Positions 1-14,699 of a stretch of DNA of 64,000 nucleotides are shown here, piece after piece. This DNA is from Eledone cirrhosa. Taxonomy: Eukaryota. Where the stretch lies: the NCBI GenBank assembly GCA_964016885.1, contig OZ024742.1, forward strand, positions 79,856,001-79,920,000. The letters run 5' to 3'. A program made the position numbers and the translations under genes. The notes under the pieces are model-generated. The model worked only from the letters and a program-made list of their open reading frames with translations. It had not been told where the DNA came from and did no database searches. The number at the start of each line of letters is the position of its first letter. Positions within the stretch are counted from its first letter, which is position 1.

Positions 1-2704
1 TTTCGCCCCTAAAGGGGCGAAAAATTGGATTACGACCCAGCTGAAAATTCAGCTTGGGGGTTAATCTACAAGATGTTATGGTTTTTCAAAAAATTAGTTC
101 GGTTTTTTGCATAGAAATTAACAAAAAGGCTTACCGGCGATGTTCCACGCGTCAGGCAGATAAAGAGATAGATAGATAGATTGTTTGATAGATAAATAGC
201 TAGCTATCTAGATATATATAGAGATAGATAGAGTGTCAGCTATATAATTCCACATAACGATAGAACAAGTAAAGATATGCAGGGAAATATTTGAGTGAAG
301 CGAAGAAATTCTAATTTGAAACTTTAGCTGAAGCGCATGATTAAGGGCGTAGTTGCAATTTACACGTGGAAATCAAATCCTCTGAGCAACATATCAGTAT
401 AATTGTTCCTTCTCGTGTCTTGCAATATTTCTAGATAATATTCCTGGAAATGTACAAAGACATTACAAAGAAGTAATTGAGGTTGATATACAATTGAAGT
501 AATTGAGGAAAATATACAAAAATTGATTCAGTGTGTGCTCCAAATTGACAGGAGGTGTTTACTCTCTCTTGCCTTATACATGTAGTTATATATATATGTG
601 TATATATTATATGTATTACATGCAAATAGTTATATATAAGTGTATATATTATATATATATTATATATGCATATATATATATGGTCGCATATGGACGCTCA
701 TTTCTATTATGCTAGCACACACACACACATACATAAATATTTATGTATGTATGTAAGATACACAGATATATTAAATGTTGGGGATTCGGAGACTGAGAAG
801 AGAGCTCGAGGCATCTTTAGTTATAGGGCTGTTAGAGATATTATTCACTAAAGGATGAAGAAAAACGTGGCCCTCCCCATCTCGGCTAGTGTGTAAGCTG
901 TTCGATTATTATATACCAACAAGAAGCCGAAACAGAGTGTGCTCTCCGCATCAAGTCACCGAATCCTTCTCTCTTTCTTAACACGGACACACCCAAACAC
1001 TCTCACATCTGTATGTGTATATATTATATACACAGAACAAAGTTTATCTAAGGGAAACAATTGATCTAAATGATGGCGCAATGAAAAGGAACACAAATGA
1101 TTTTGAAGAAAAATTATTGAAACTATATTAACAATAAATTTACTTTAGAATTATACTACGATCGTAAATTAATATATTGTGTGTTACAGATAAATTCTCG
1201 TGCCAGAATTGATTATTTTTCATGGAACAAAAACAACAAAAACATTTCGTAGCTTCTACCACGAGAAGTAAAAACTAGACATACTATATCCGGATAACAT
1301 AATCCAATTTAAGCTGAAACGTAATATATAAAGAGACCAAAGGGATTGCCTGTCAATTTCGTCACATTAGGGAATGATTAAAACTGGAATTCTTTAGAGA
1401 GTAGTGTTCTTTAGGGATCGTTATGTGTTCTAACAAGCTTTTCGTTTTAATGATATATATGTAGAGAGAGAAAGAGAGAAAGAGAGAGAGAGAGAAATAG
1501 GGAGTCGGCGAGAGGCAGAAAGAGAGTAGGAGCCAGAGTGAGAGACAGGGAGAGAGAGAAAGTGTCAGAGAGAAAGAGAGAGAACTTACGAATCCTAACT
1601 TATCTGCCATGAAGACGTCCAAATAACGTTTTTAGCAGAATTTAGTGACACTGCAGATATTTATATTAGATGTTGTTTATACCCATGGGACTTCCAATTG
1701 TGCAAGACTTATGAGAAAATGCTTTTCAACCTTGACAATCTAATCTTGTTTTCGGTAATATTGTTTCTGTAAATACGATGTCTAACTTACCCTTTCAAAA
1801 ATATGGGGAACAACTTCACCGACGCCATCATCATTAACTCGAGGTTCTACTGTCAAAACGTATACAGCAATTTGAATTTCTGAAGTCTATAAAAAAATAC
1901 GTATAATCGAAAATATAAGAAACATAATTGACGCTGTGGAGGAAGCTTGTTAACATTTAAACTGGTTGAGTATTAAAAAGAATTTGCAAGAAATATTGAA
2001 ATTTTATGTCATTATCAAAGCAAAAATTAATACCGTGAGAAACAAGATCACTTATATTTCAAATTTGGCTTGTACCTAAATTGTTTCAACTCAGAATACT
2101 CTGCATGGAAAACCTCATGTTAATGAAAGTACATGAAGTGACAATGATATGACCGAGAAGGAGTTCTCCTTATTAAAGCAATACATAGCTGTAATATAAT
2201 TTAATCACATGTACGGTCCATTTTCTGGAATGGAAATATTCTGCCTTTAATTCAAAACGCCTGCTTGTGATTGCTGAAGTGCAATAAACCATCCAATGGT
2301 AAAACCATAGCGCAAAAGATATAAATAATTCTTAGGTGGGGGTGGGGGGGGGTGGGGTTAGTATTACTAATGATATTAATAATATGTGGCTTTGTATAAA
2401 TTTACATCTGCGTTTTTAGATATGTACATACATGAATTTTGTGAATATGTATCAGTCTGTTATTGATTTGTTTGGAAAGTGAAACAAAGTTTTCATGCAA
2501 GAAGATATTCCACTAGTGTATAAATATAAGGGTGAAAATATGGTCTGCACGCACACGTCCATTTTAGCATATAAATGCACGTACTCATATATGTAACTGT
2601 ATCTTATACATATATATTACAAATAACACCTGTACATACATAAGCATACATTTACATATATATAAACATATATGCTTTAATATATATATATATATCTTCT
2701 TTGT

Positions 2705-3031
2705 ATTTGTTTTGCAATATTCCTTATCTGAAAACGTGTGTTGAACATACATTTTTATATTTTGGGAAGGTCATGGAACCAATAAAAACACACGCACCTG
2801 CGCGATTTCACTTCAATTTATTATTATAATTTCCAAGTTGGTTAGTTTAATAAGAGATTGGTTGTCCAGTTGTTGATGTCATCAAAGCTCTTTCGTCACA
2901 CATTCTGTGACCTTCTCAGTGATTACATTTGTTGATATTTTGTGTCTCTCCTTTGTTCTGTCTTAAACAATTTTGTGTTTGTGTGCTGTGTACTTGGGCT
3001 GAACTTGACTTATATCCATGTTTGTCGCTGT

Positions 3032-3107
<76 letters not shown>

Positions 3108-3625
3108 TTGTTTACGTATTTATACGTTTATTTACTTGTCACTATTTGGTTACTTATTGTATCTGTGTGTGTCTGTTTTTTTTTATTAGTCTCGTTCTTG
3201 TGTGACTATGTATGTGTTTATCTTGACAGTAGTTACTCCGTTGTTGCAATACCACTCATGTTTTGTTTTTAGTTTTGTTTATGTTTGTCGTTTCCGTAAT
3301 CAGTCGGAGCATTGCGTCTGTTCTGTGTGGGCATATGGTTTTTATCTCCATGTTCCCTCATGTTCTATTCTGGTATGTTGATGGAGTACTGATGAGTTGT
3401 TCTCATCTTGGAGTTATGGCCAGTATATTCGCCAGTTTTCTTTTAACCTTTCCCTTATGTTACAGCCCGTCTCAGATGTGTATCTCGTGTTCCTATTCCT
3501 ACACTGTCTCTCCTTACATCTTATTCCACAGGAACATAACATATATATCATATAGCATTGAGAATGTGTGACGAAATCGCATTTATGACAAATCAACAAC
3601 TAAACAACCATCTTGTTATTAAACG
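2705..3625 (-). mobile_element. 5'-truncated Penelope-like element (GIY-YIG C-terminus + 3' pseudo-LTR), same family as 25470-28256 and 56300-58860
   Basis: Minus-strand translation of 3230-3540 gives decayed GIY-YIG (CKERQCRNRNTRYTSETGCNIRERLKENW, then HRTDAMLRLITE). 2710-2960 matches 56320-56590. 3561-3625 is an inverted partial copy of 2850-2905. Confidence 0.75.
2881..2923 (-). ncRNA. Degenerate minimal hammerhead ribozyme in PLE pseudo-LTR
   Basis: Minus strand ATCA CTGAGAA G GTCAC AGAATGT GTGAC GAAA GAGC TT TGAT. Stem I ATCA/TGAT and stem II are intact. The core deviates (CUGAGAA) from the CUGAAGA of the paralogue at 56488-56530. Confidence 0.5.
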
Positions 3626-3955
3626 CGTAGACTAGGGAACTATAATAAAACATTGAAGTAAAGTCCAGTGCGTGGGATTTATTGGCAGCATGACCTTCCG
3701 AAATATAATAATATATATGGAACAAGCTATTGAAACGGTAAGAGCTCAGCTGTTGGGTCCTGACTCTTTATAATATAACCATACACTAACTCAAGTATCA
3801 AGTACCCTGTTGATTAATGGTCTAACTAGTTTTAAACTGGTGCTATCCTGATTTATATACATACATACATACAGACATACACACAAGATCCCGTTAAGGG
3901 TGAAAGAAGCGATTCTTTGCTTAAACTTTAACCTGTTATTTTAATTTTAAAAAAA

Positions 3956-4059
<104 letters not shown>

Positions 4060-4385
4060 TAGGATTGGTGCTCTGAAATAGCGATGTATACATAAATGTA
4101 TGTATAGTATATCTGGCGGTATAGTGTATGTTTAATTAAAATCATTTTGAAGACGTTGGCCTATTATTTTCAAGTAGTGACTATGTCACTTACTTCTTTT
4201 GTCAACAAGGGAAGGGAGATAAGCTGACAGATCTGTTTCACACTGTTGGTGTTAATTACAGCTTAGCACTCGCCGACATTTGTTGAACATTTGGACAGGT
4301 AATCGCTCTGTATAATCAGTTCCTGATTATTTCTGGAATTCTATAAGTATCCAACCTCTATAATTTTCAAAAAAGGTCGGCGAGT

Positions 4386-4427
4386 GCATTACCGGCACTT
4401 TATTTTATCGACCCCGTAAGGATGAAA
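4386..4427 (-). mobile_element. tRNA-derived SINE central-domain fragment
   Basis: Matches the TTTCATCCTTACGGGGTCGATAAAATAAAGT-CC-GTAATGCACT block of the full copies at 31065 and 44127. Confidence 0.65.
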
Positions 4428-4473
4428 TATAATAATATAATAATACAAGGACGATTTGTTACGTTTATTGATT

Positions 4474-4558
4474 GGTGACACGCGTTTCACTATCGATCAG
4501 CTGAAGGTTCGATCAGTACCGATCTGGCCCGACTCTGGAATCAAAAGCTCGTCGGACC
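4474..4558 (-). ncRNA. Hammerhead-like motif with long stem II
   Basis: Minus strand GGT CCGACGA GC-(about 56 nt)-GT GAAAC GCGT GTC ACC, followed by AATCAATAAA. Stem I GGT/ACC, palindromic stem III ACGCGT, GUC site, U4C core variant. Confidence 0.5.
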
Positions 4559-4652
4559 TCTGCTGTTGTAATGACAGAATCTAAACAATCGAGTGCTCAC
4601 CTGGGTGAACCTACAATAACTTCACGTTACACTCCCTAGATATATATATATG

Positions 4653-4906
<254 letters not shown>

Positions 4907-5036
4907 AATATATATACACACACACATGTATGTATAAGTGTGTATGTGTGCGTGTGTAAACGCATACACATAACACAGTTATATGTGTGCATGTGTATAG
5001 ATTTGCATGGCATCATAAATTACTAAAGAACAAAGA

Positions 5037-5075
<39 letters not shown>

Positions 5076-5461
5076 TAAAAAATCAGATATACACAACAAA
5101 CAAATCATTCACACATGTACAGAAGCATACAAAATAATGTTATAATACTTTTTTTAATATGAATTCAAGGAAAATAAATCGTACTTCCAGAGAACATCGA
5201 TTTAGAAAACGCACGAAACCTTATATAATGAAGTAATACACATGAAAACATACAAAAGCATCTGTGTACAAATATACATGAAACTACAGAACCAGCGTTA
5301 TTCCAGCATATATGAAGTATTGCAAACAATAAAATACGCCCCAGGGAAATATACATTAAGACACCTAAATATAAATATATAATCTCACGAAAATTAGTTC
5401 ACGCATATATATATATATATATATATAGTTAAATAAGATAACAAGGACGATTGCTTACTCG

Positions 5462-5749
<288 letters not shown>

Positions 5750-6039
5750 ATGAAATATATAAATGAACATTGGTATAAATTTAAACGCACAAAGGTATCC
5801 AATATTATGAATAGAGAAGCACCACAAATCCTGAACGTAAATGTCTGACCCCCGTGCATAGTTTTGCACAATTTAATTCGCACATAAACGCACATATGCT
5901 TACATATTAACAACACGTATCGACTGATGAACTTATTGTTATATATATTTGTGGCGTATACATATATATTGATATGCGCACCCAGACACGCCCACTCACA
6001 GGCACACATACACACTCACCACAACAGACGCACACACAC

Positions 6040-6083
<44 letters not shown>

Positions 6084-6159
6084 CCGTCGAAACAGCGTTT
6101 GCTATACTGCCGGTGGGGTCTTGAACATTTTCCCATATATATATATATATATATTTTCA

Positions 6160-6237
<78 letters not shown>

Positions 6238-6330
6238 AATGCATATGTATTTATAAACATATGTATATATATTTACGTCGAAAGGTATCATAAGGAGGTA
6301 CACAAAAATGATAGTAACATAACATGTTTT

Positions 6331-6371
<41 letters not shown>

Positions 6372-6474
6372 ATATGCATACATAAGTATATACATCTTTC
6401 TATCTATCAATCTGTCTGTCTACCTAGTCTCTCTCTCTCCCTCCCTCCCTTTCTCTCTCTCTAAATATATATAG

Positions 6475-6537
<63 letters not shown>

Positions 6538-6585
6538 GACCCACATATACACACACACACACACACACACATACACACACATAAT

Positions 6586-6685
<100 letters not shown>

Positions 6686-6984
6686 GTAAGTGTGAGTACG
6701 TGTGTCTGCCCCACATGTTTGCTTGCGTGTTACTCTGTGTATGTATATATATATATATGTACACATTTATATTACCGTATATATATATACATTGCTCCAC
6801 ATAGAACTGCACAAAAACCTACGCATGGTATTTTATGCCACTCAATACCCAGAGAATGCTAAGAATCGATATAACCAATTGAAAATCTTATTACGGTGAT
6901 CTTATCCACCATATTGATCACGTTTCCACATGCAATATGTTGGTTAATCAGTAGCTGTATATACATCAGATGACATATCACGGT

Positions 6985-7340
6985 ACTGATGATGAGCATT
7001 GTCGAAATAGTGATGTTGTTGAAGTTAGTGTTGTTGCTGCTGATTATAATGATGATAACTATGATGATGATGGTGATAATAATGATAGTGTTCATGGGGC
7101 TGCTGATGACAAAGGTGATGATGATGAGGATGTGAGGATTATGATGATGTTGATCATGTTACTGCTGATAACAAAGGTTATGCTGATGATGATGATGATG
7201 ATGAGGAGGATTATGATGATGCTGACAATCATAATGCTTATAATGTTGGCGATGGTTGTTATATATTTGGGATGAGGTCAATGATAATGATGAAGAGGTA
7301 GACGATGATGATGTTGTCGATGTTGGAATGATAACAATGA
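6985..7340. repeat. Degenerate (GAT)n low-complexity region
   Basis: GAT/GTT/AAT trinucleotide-rich. A similar (ATC)n tract lies at 13270-13630. Confidence 0.8.
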
Positions 7341-7386
7341 TGTTAAAATGAAAGACAATACTACCCGTAATGGTTCTAATAATAAT

Positions 7387-7601
7387 TTCTAGTATAGGCA
7401 CAAAGCCAGTAATTTGGGGGGAGGGGAAATGTGGGTAAATCTACCACAGTGTATTACTGGTGCTTTATTTTATCGACCTCGTAAGAATGAAAGGTAAAGT
7501 TAACCTTGGCGGGTTTGAAATCAGACCGTAAATCTGGCGTAACTTAATGCTGCAAAGCATGGCGTTCGACCATCTACAGATGCTGCCAACCTACCGCCTT
7601 A
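7387..7601 (-). mobile_element. tRNA-derived SINE with 20-bp TSD
   Basis: Reverse complement of the 31065/44127 family. TSD GTAATGGTTCTAATAATAAT at 7367-7386 and 7602-7621. Confidence 0.85.
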
Positions 7602-8436
7602 GTAATGGTTCTAATAATAATAATATACTTAGCAAGAAGTTCTGCCGCATCATCGGTCATATGGAGGCTTTGTTTCATCGTAGTACAATAATTGTCGTAC
7701 ACCTATCGTCGTTTCAGTCTCACCTTTGCTGTAATATACTCATATTTACCTTAGACTTATGTCTGCCATAGTCTCAGCATAATTGTTGCATCATTCTTGT
7801 GATATTTACACAAGCTCCATCTACTCATCAAAGTCTTAGTAAGTCCATCGTCATAGCTTAATCATCGTCCGAGTATTACTGGCACCATAGTATGTACGTC
7901 CTCATACTGTAAACCTGTATATAATCTCATACTCGGCATATCCTTATCTTTGACATAGTTTCTTCATCTTCATAGCTTCATTATTGTCTTAGTAATAATA
8001 ACGTGAAAGCCACATCGTATTCACAACACAATCGTCTTTATAGGCTTTTCATAGTCATGGTATCATCACTGCCAGAGGATTATCATTTTAAGAAAGCAGA
8101 AATAGAAAAACAAACTTATAATATAATCATTGACGTATCATTGTCTTCCACGCTACATCATTATTACAGTAGATGGATCTATATACATCATTAATGCTAT
8201 AGAAGCAATTGATGAATCTATAGCAGCAACTGTTTATACATGAATCTACACACATCATTAATGCTATAGATTCATCAACTATTTAATGCGCTTAGTTTGA
8301 TAGATTGGAAATCACCATAGTTTAATAATATTCATTGTCAAAGTGTCACAATTCGCATGAATATATTTGTCAACACCATAGATTTATCGCTGACGTAGTG
8401 CCACGGCACCATAATTACCATGTTGCGCAAGAAATA

Positions 8437-8549
<113 letters not shown>

Positions 8550-8550
8550 T

Positions 8551-10870
8551 CTGTATAAGAGATATTTAATTTGTTGGAAATCCAACAAATATACATATTT
8601 ACAACAAATATACATATTTACATTGACAACAATAATGAGGCAAATCACCCTACTATTAATTATAATCAGAATAAACAATTTAACTTAAACTCTAAAACAA
8701 ACAAAAGAACTAGAACTAGATGGTATTCACTCCCATTCTCATTAAGCGTTAAAACCCCTTTTGCAAAGCTATTCTTTAAAGCACTAGACAAATGATTTCC
8801 TAAAACCCACAGATACCACTCAATCTTTAACAGACATACTATAAAACTATCCTACTCCACTACTATGAACATAGCACAATATATAAATAGAATTAATAAT
8901 AGATACTTAAATTTAAACCCTAACCAAAATAACCATAATAGTAATAATAATATTTCTAACAATATCCAGTATAATAGTAGCGTTCTGAGCAACACCAACT
9001 CCGTAAACTGTAACTGTAGAATTGAATAAAACTGCCCTTTACAAAATAAATGTTTAGATAAAAACATAGTTTATAAATGTACAGATAAAACTAGTGATAA
9101 TATATTCAACTATGTCTGTGCCACTTCTACAGAAATTAAATTTCGCTGGAATAACCACAATTGTCATCTTAGAAGATCTAACAAAGAATATTCTACTACC
9201 CTCTCACATCTTATATTGAATTTAAAAAGTAGGAATATAGACTATTCATTATCTAGGAAAACGATTTCGAAAGCACCTGCTTACCGAAAAAGGGCCCTAT
9301 CAAGATTCTGTAAATTATGTATTGAAGAATTTTTTTATATAATTAATTGTAAAAACTCTATTAATCTTAGAACAGAAATATTTAGTTGTTGCAAACAACG
9401 CCATATTTCTACATTCAGAACTATATGTAACTTATAATATACTTATAATATTCCGATTAATCTCCAAAATGATCTTATCTGCTCTAACATTTTATATTTT
9501 TAATACTTTAATATATTAATATCTCTAAATCATAATATCTTTAACATTTCTCATAATATATATATATGTGTACGTATAGATATTTTTCATATATATTTAT
9601 GTACCTCTACATTATGTATTTCTATATAATTCCAATTTTAATTTAAATGTTAATTCTTTTAATTCTTTAATTCTTTTTTCTTAATTTTTTATTTTATTTT
9701 TCTAATAATACCCTCTAAAGTTTTATTTTTCTAATGACACCCTCTAAAGCTGATTTTTAAATGTAGATTAATAAAAATCAACTGTTTTTATTAAAATATA
9801 TCCTATTCACGATGGTGTTTAATTATTAATATTTCTTTAGAATAAATAATTAATCCCACACTTTCGTAAAACATTTGAGTTATCTTTCTTTTTTCAATCA
9901 TAAACAACTTTTCATACATAACTCCGTTAATTTAATTAAACCTTATTAATTAAATTTAATTTAACCTTATAAATTGTAACAACCTATTTATTTACATAAA
10001 ATTAACATCCTAGTAACCTATATTAGGCATAAACACCTATTTATTTGATTTATTTATAAATCAACATCCCTCGTAACTCATATTATAAACAAACTATCCT
10101 TTGAAAAAACACATATACTATTATTAAAATACATAAAATTATAATAAGATAAATAATTCGCCATATAAATATAGATAAATGTCTGAATATATGTTCCCTG
10201 AATTAACTTTCAAGTGGTCTTCGTTTTCCCTTTTCTTTCTTCTTTAACAATTTTAGATTGATAATTTATATGGCTTCGTTAAATTAACAATATTCTGAAA
10301 ACATTCTCAATGTTGAACATTTTTGAATCCACAAATTATTCTAATCTCACAACTTGAAAATAAAATGTTCAACATCCTTCGTAACTCATATTTGTTTATA
10401 TAAACAATCAATGCATACGGAACTTATTAATATATATATAGATATTAATATACATATAACGTATACTAATGTAATAAGATTAACATACAACTATAATTCT
10501 TCATATAATTTTGTAACTCATAATATAGGTAACAAACATCTGTTCCCCCAAAATGACGTTATTCTTTTCTCTTTCGCTTCTTTCCTTATCATAAATAGCG
10601 TCTAGAATAACGTTTTTTCAGCCCTATAATATACCCATCATTTGCATAATCATATTAATAATTTTAAATATCTGACTTTTCTCCTCTCTTCCCTTCACTT
10701 TCCAGAGATAACTTGAACCGTTCAGCTATATCATCATGTCAAATATTTATAAAACATTTTGCGTACCAAAATTTTTGGTACCCTTGAAATCTATATATAA
10801 TAGAATAAATATGGTTTTATAAATATAGTTTCCATTTATGTAATATCAATTGTATATATATTTAAATGGA
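8551..10870 (+). mobile_element. Decayed 5'-truncated Naiad-type PLE, AT-rich family, copy A
   Basis: One frame from about 8640 to 9437 reads RTRTRWYSLPFSLSVKTPFAKLFFKALDK*FPKTHRYHSIFNRHTIKLSYSTT...NCNCRIE*NCPLQNKCLDKNIVYKC...FCKLCIEE...RTEIFSCCKQR with two stops. It is followed by a 1.4-kb AT-rich 3' region repeated at 14810-16560. 8551-8607 is an inverted copy of the family tail (16615-16666). Confidence 0.85.
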
Positions 10871-11972
10871 AAAGAATGAAAATTGCTTTCTTACTATTAG
10901 TAGGGCTGATACTTAAATATAAGTATGTATACGTACATACATATATGTATACAGACGTACAGCAGTATGTATATACCTACATACATGCACACACACACAC
11001 ACACACACACCCACACATATATATATATATATATATATACATACGTATGGGTTTACCGAACATTTATTATAATATTCGGTTTGTTTGTAAACAAACAGCC
11101 CGAATTTAGCCGTACAGTGTTCGGCAACCATCGTTGCCCTTTTGTTCAACACTGACAACGGAACGACGAACTAGTTTCTAGCTTCTTAGCCGTCATCAGC
11201 ACCGTATACCTTACTGTCAATCGATTGAACGTTTGAAAGTATATACTTTCCTTATGCATATTAACGGCTGAGCAGCCTAATTTGCATATCGAGTCAGTTA
11301 GTCGGCCGGGCGTATCGAAAACGATAAATGGAAAAAAATGAAATTTCATTTCTCACTCTTAGTACGGCTGATACTTAAATATAAGTATGTATACGTACAT
11401 ACATATATGTATACAGACGTACAGTAGTATGTATATACATAAATACATGCACACATATATACATGTACGTATGTTTTTACCGAACATTTATTATATCGTT
11501 CGTTTTTTTTTGTAAATGAACAGCCCGAATTAAGCCGTACAGTGTTCGGCAACCATCGTTGCTGTTTTGTTCAACATTGACAAAGGAACGATGAGCTTCT
11601 TATCTGTCATCAGCACCGTATACTCACTCGATATGCAAATTAGGATGCTCAGCCGTTAATATGCTTAAGGAACGTATATACTTTCAAACGTTCAATTGAT
11701 TGACAGGAATGTATGCGTGGCTGATGACAGTTAAGAAGCTAGAAACTAGGTCATCTTTCCTTTGTCAGTGTTGAACAAAAGGGCAACGATGATTGCCGAA
11801 CACTGTACGGCTAAATTCGGGCTGTTTGTTTACAAACAAACCGAACATTATAATACATGTTCGGTAAACCCATACGTACATATATATATATATATATGTG
11901 TGCATGTATGTATATAGATACTACTGTACGTCTGTATACATATATGTGTGTACCTATACATACTTATATTTA
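10864..11972. repeat. Direct + inverted repeat cluster of an about 460-bp unit (MITE/foldback-like)
   Basis: 10864-11325 is repeated directly (truncated) at 11326-11625 and in reverse complement at 11626-11972. Confidence 0.8.
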
Positions 11973-11992
11973 TATATATATATAAATATATA

Positions 11993-12621
11993 TTCGATTC
12001 ATTTGCAATTATACAAACCAGCCTAATTATTTTAGCCATGTCAGGAGAATGAACTCTTCATTCTTGCTCTTGTGTTGGCCTGCAGACACTAATGTTTCTG
12101 GGTATCACGCTTTATCAGTACAGCTCACTGTTCACCTGCCATCTGTCAGAGCTAGTGAAAATATATGCTATTTTCTAAAATATACAGTAACTGATCGGCC
12201 TGATTTGCATATTAGCAGACCGGCTGATCAGTTAGATCTGCATATTAGCAGATCCACTGATCTGCCAGATTTGCATATCAGTGGCAAAGCCGGCCATTTA
12301 TCGCTGGTATACAGGAAACTGACTGTCCAGTTTGCTGATATGCAAATCTGGCTGATCAGGGGATCTGCTAATATGCAGATCTGACTGATCAGCTGGTCTG
12401 CTAGTATGCGATCAATCACTGTCTATTTTAGAAAATATATTTTCACTAGCTCCGACAGTTGGCAGGTTAAGAGTAAGCTGTACTGATGAAGGGTGATACC
12501 CAGAAACATTAGTGTCTGCAGTTCTGTTTACATGCCAACACAACAGCAAGAATGAAGAGTTCATTCTACTGACATGGCTATAAAAATGAGGCTTGTTTGC
12601 ATAATTGCAAAGTAATCGAAT
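11993..12621. mobile_element. Foldback/MITE-like element with about 290-bp imperfect inverted arms
   Basis: 11993-12281 is the reverse complement of 12333-12621 (ATTCGATT...AATCGAAT ends). Internal about 25-bp subrepeats carry ATTTGCATAT. Confidence 0.8.
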
Positions 12622-13930
12622 GTTGTTATTGACATTCGAAAAACTCAGATTACATTTATTGTATTCAGCCTTGTAGAGCGAACATTTTCTTTTATATATA
12701 TATATATATATATGAAGCTAGAACACTGGAACGTAATATCCGTAGTAGTAGAGCACTCAGTCCATGCGACGAGTTTGGTAGAAGTAGTAATACAATAGTT
12801 AGTTCACCATACCAAGAACAATTGTTTCATCTTCTACGGATCTGCAGCTCGGAGTGATAATGGTTATACGGAACAGGAAAAGGAGAAACAACAATATGAA
12901 CGCGCATGCCCAGAAACGGTCGGAAGGTGTAAGGGAGATAACTGTGAAAGTCGTGAATAAATTGTTCGAGTTGATTAGAATATTAGAACGTATGTATATG
13001 TGTGTGTTGGGGGTTGCGATTATATTTTATTGCAGTACAGGTACAATGACACCCAACATACTTGGTTCTATTCAGTTTGCCATGTTCTGCACTGTAAAGA
13101 TGTTCGTGAAGGCGGACGTTTGCAATAACATTTGCATTCATGGTTATCTTTTCGCATTATACATTTTCAATCAATAAAGTGACAGAAAGTGCATCTTTTT
13201 CATGAGTTTATATTATTATCAATCTTATCTCCATACTTATTGCCCAAACTATCATTTCATCCTGCTGCTCTCGGCATCATCGTCGTCATAATCATCATTT
13301 TTTAAATCATCAGGAAAATTCTATCAACACAATCGTCATAAGCATTTCATCATCCTTAGCATCAGCACCAGCGACATCCTCATCATTAATATTATCATCT
13401 CCATCATCATAATCCTCATCATCTTCACCATCATCATCGTTTTCTTTACCATCATCATCATCAATTTCATTACCGTCGCCGGCATCCATATCCAATTCAT
13501 CGTCATCGTCCCCATTCTCCTCGGCTTTCTCATCGTCGTCGCCTACATCACTACCTTCATCATCTATGTTGTCGTCAACTTCATCATCGTCGTCTTCGTG
13601 TCTTCGTCGTCAATGGTATCACCATCAATGGAATTAAAGTTTTAAGATCATAACTCTTTGCATCATATTTAAAGACATAGCCTAACTACAATAACAGCAT
13701 GTGTAGGGCACTGCAATAACAATCTAATCGACCTTTAAAATCCAAATTCGTGGATTTTCTGTCACAATCCCGCTTTCTTAGTATTTATTTTCATGTAAAG
13801 GTCGGAGTAGATGAACCGAAATATCCAATGAATATCATGATTAATCTTGAAATCTATCTGTCTAACCATCTATTTACTAATCTCCACCCCCGGTTTTTAC
13901 TTATCTCTATATATATACTATATATATATA

Positions 13931-14017
<87 letters not shown>

Positions 14018-14529
14018 GAATAATCGAGAATCGGAATATCAACCCACGAAATCACGATAAACAATATCCGATATATGTGGCAGAGGGCTCAATAATTTGG
14101 AAAAATCAGAGCTATCGTTAAAATACCAACACATAGAGGTCATGCCTAAAATCACCCATGCAGCCGAAAATAAACGACCAGGAAGATTCGGGTCACTCAA
14201 ATAAAATATCAATAAATTAATAAATTAAATGAATGTAAAACTTACCCGGACCCGCTAGAATGATGTTAAATCTAGCTTCTTGAGTTTCTGCAATTCCTTA
14301 ATCTGAACACTATTAGCCCAATAAAAGATATATAAGGCTTATAGAGAAGAGAGGAACAAGGAAAGATTTATCAACGAGTCTTTAGTTCCACAGAATAGAA
14401 GGGCCCCGAAGCCAAATGACGCACATGGTATTCAGCAAGGGAGGGAACCCTTATATTAGCGAAAGAATTCGGTGATGTGTAAATTATGTAACAATACAAA
14501 TTATCACATATCGATATATATATATATAA

Positions 14530-14610
<81 letters not shown>

Positions 14611-14699
14611 TGTTTGTGTGTGTGTGTGTGTGTGTGTATGTGTGTGTGTGTGGGTGGGTGGGGGGGGGGGGGTGTATAAATAAATATCTATACATACAC

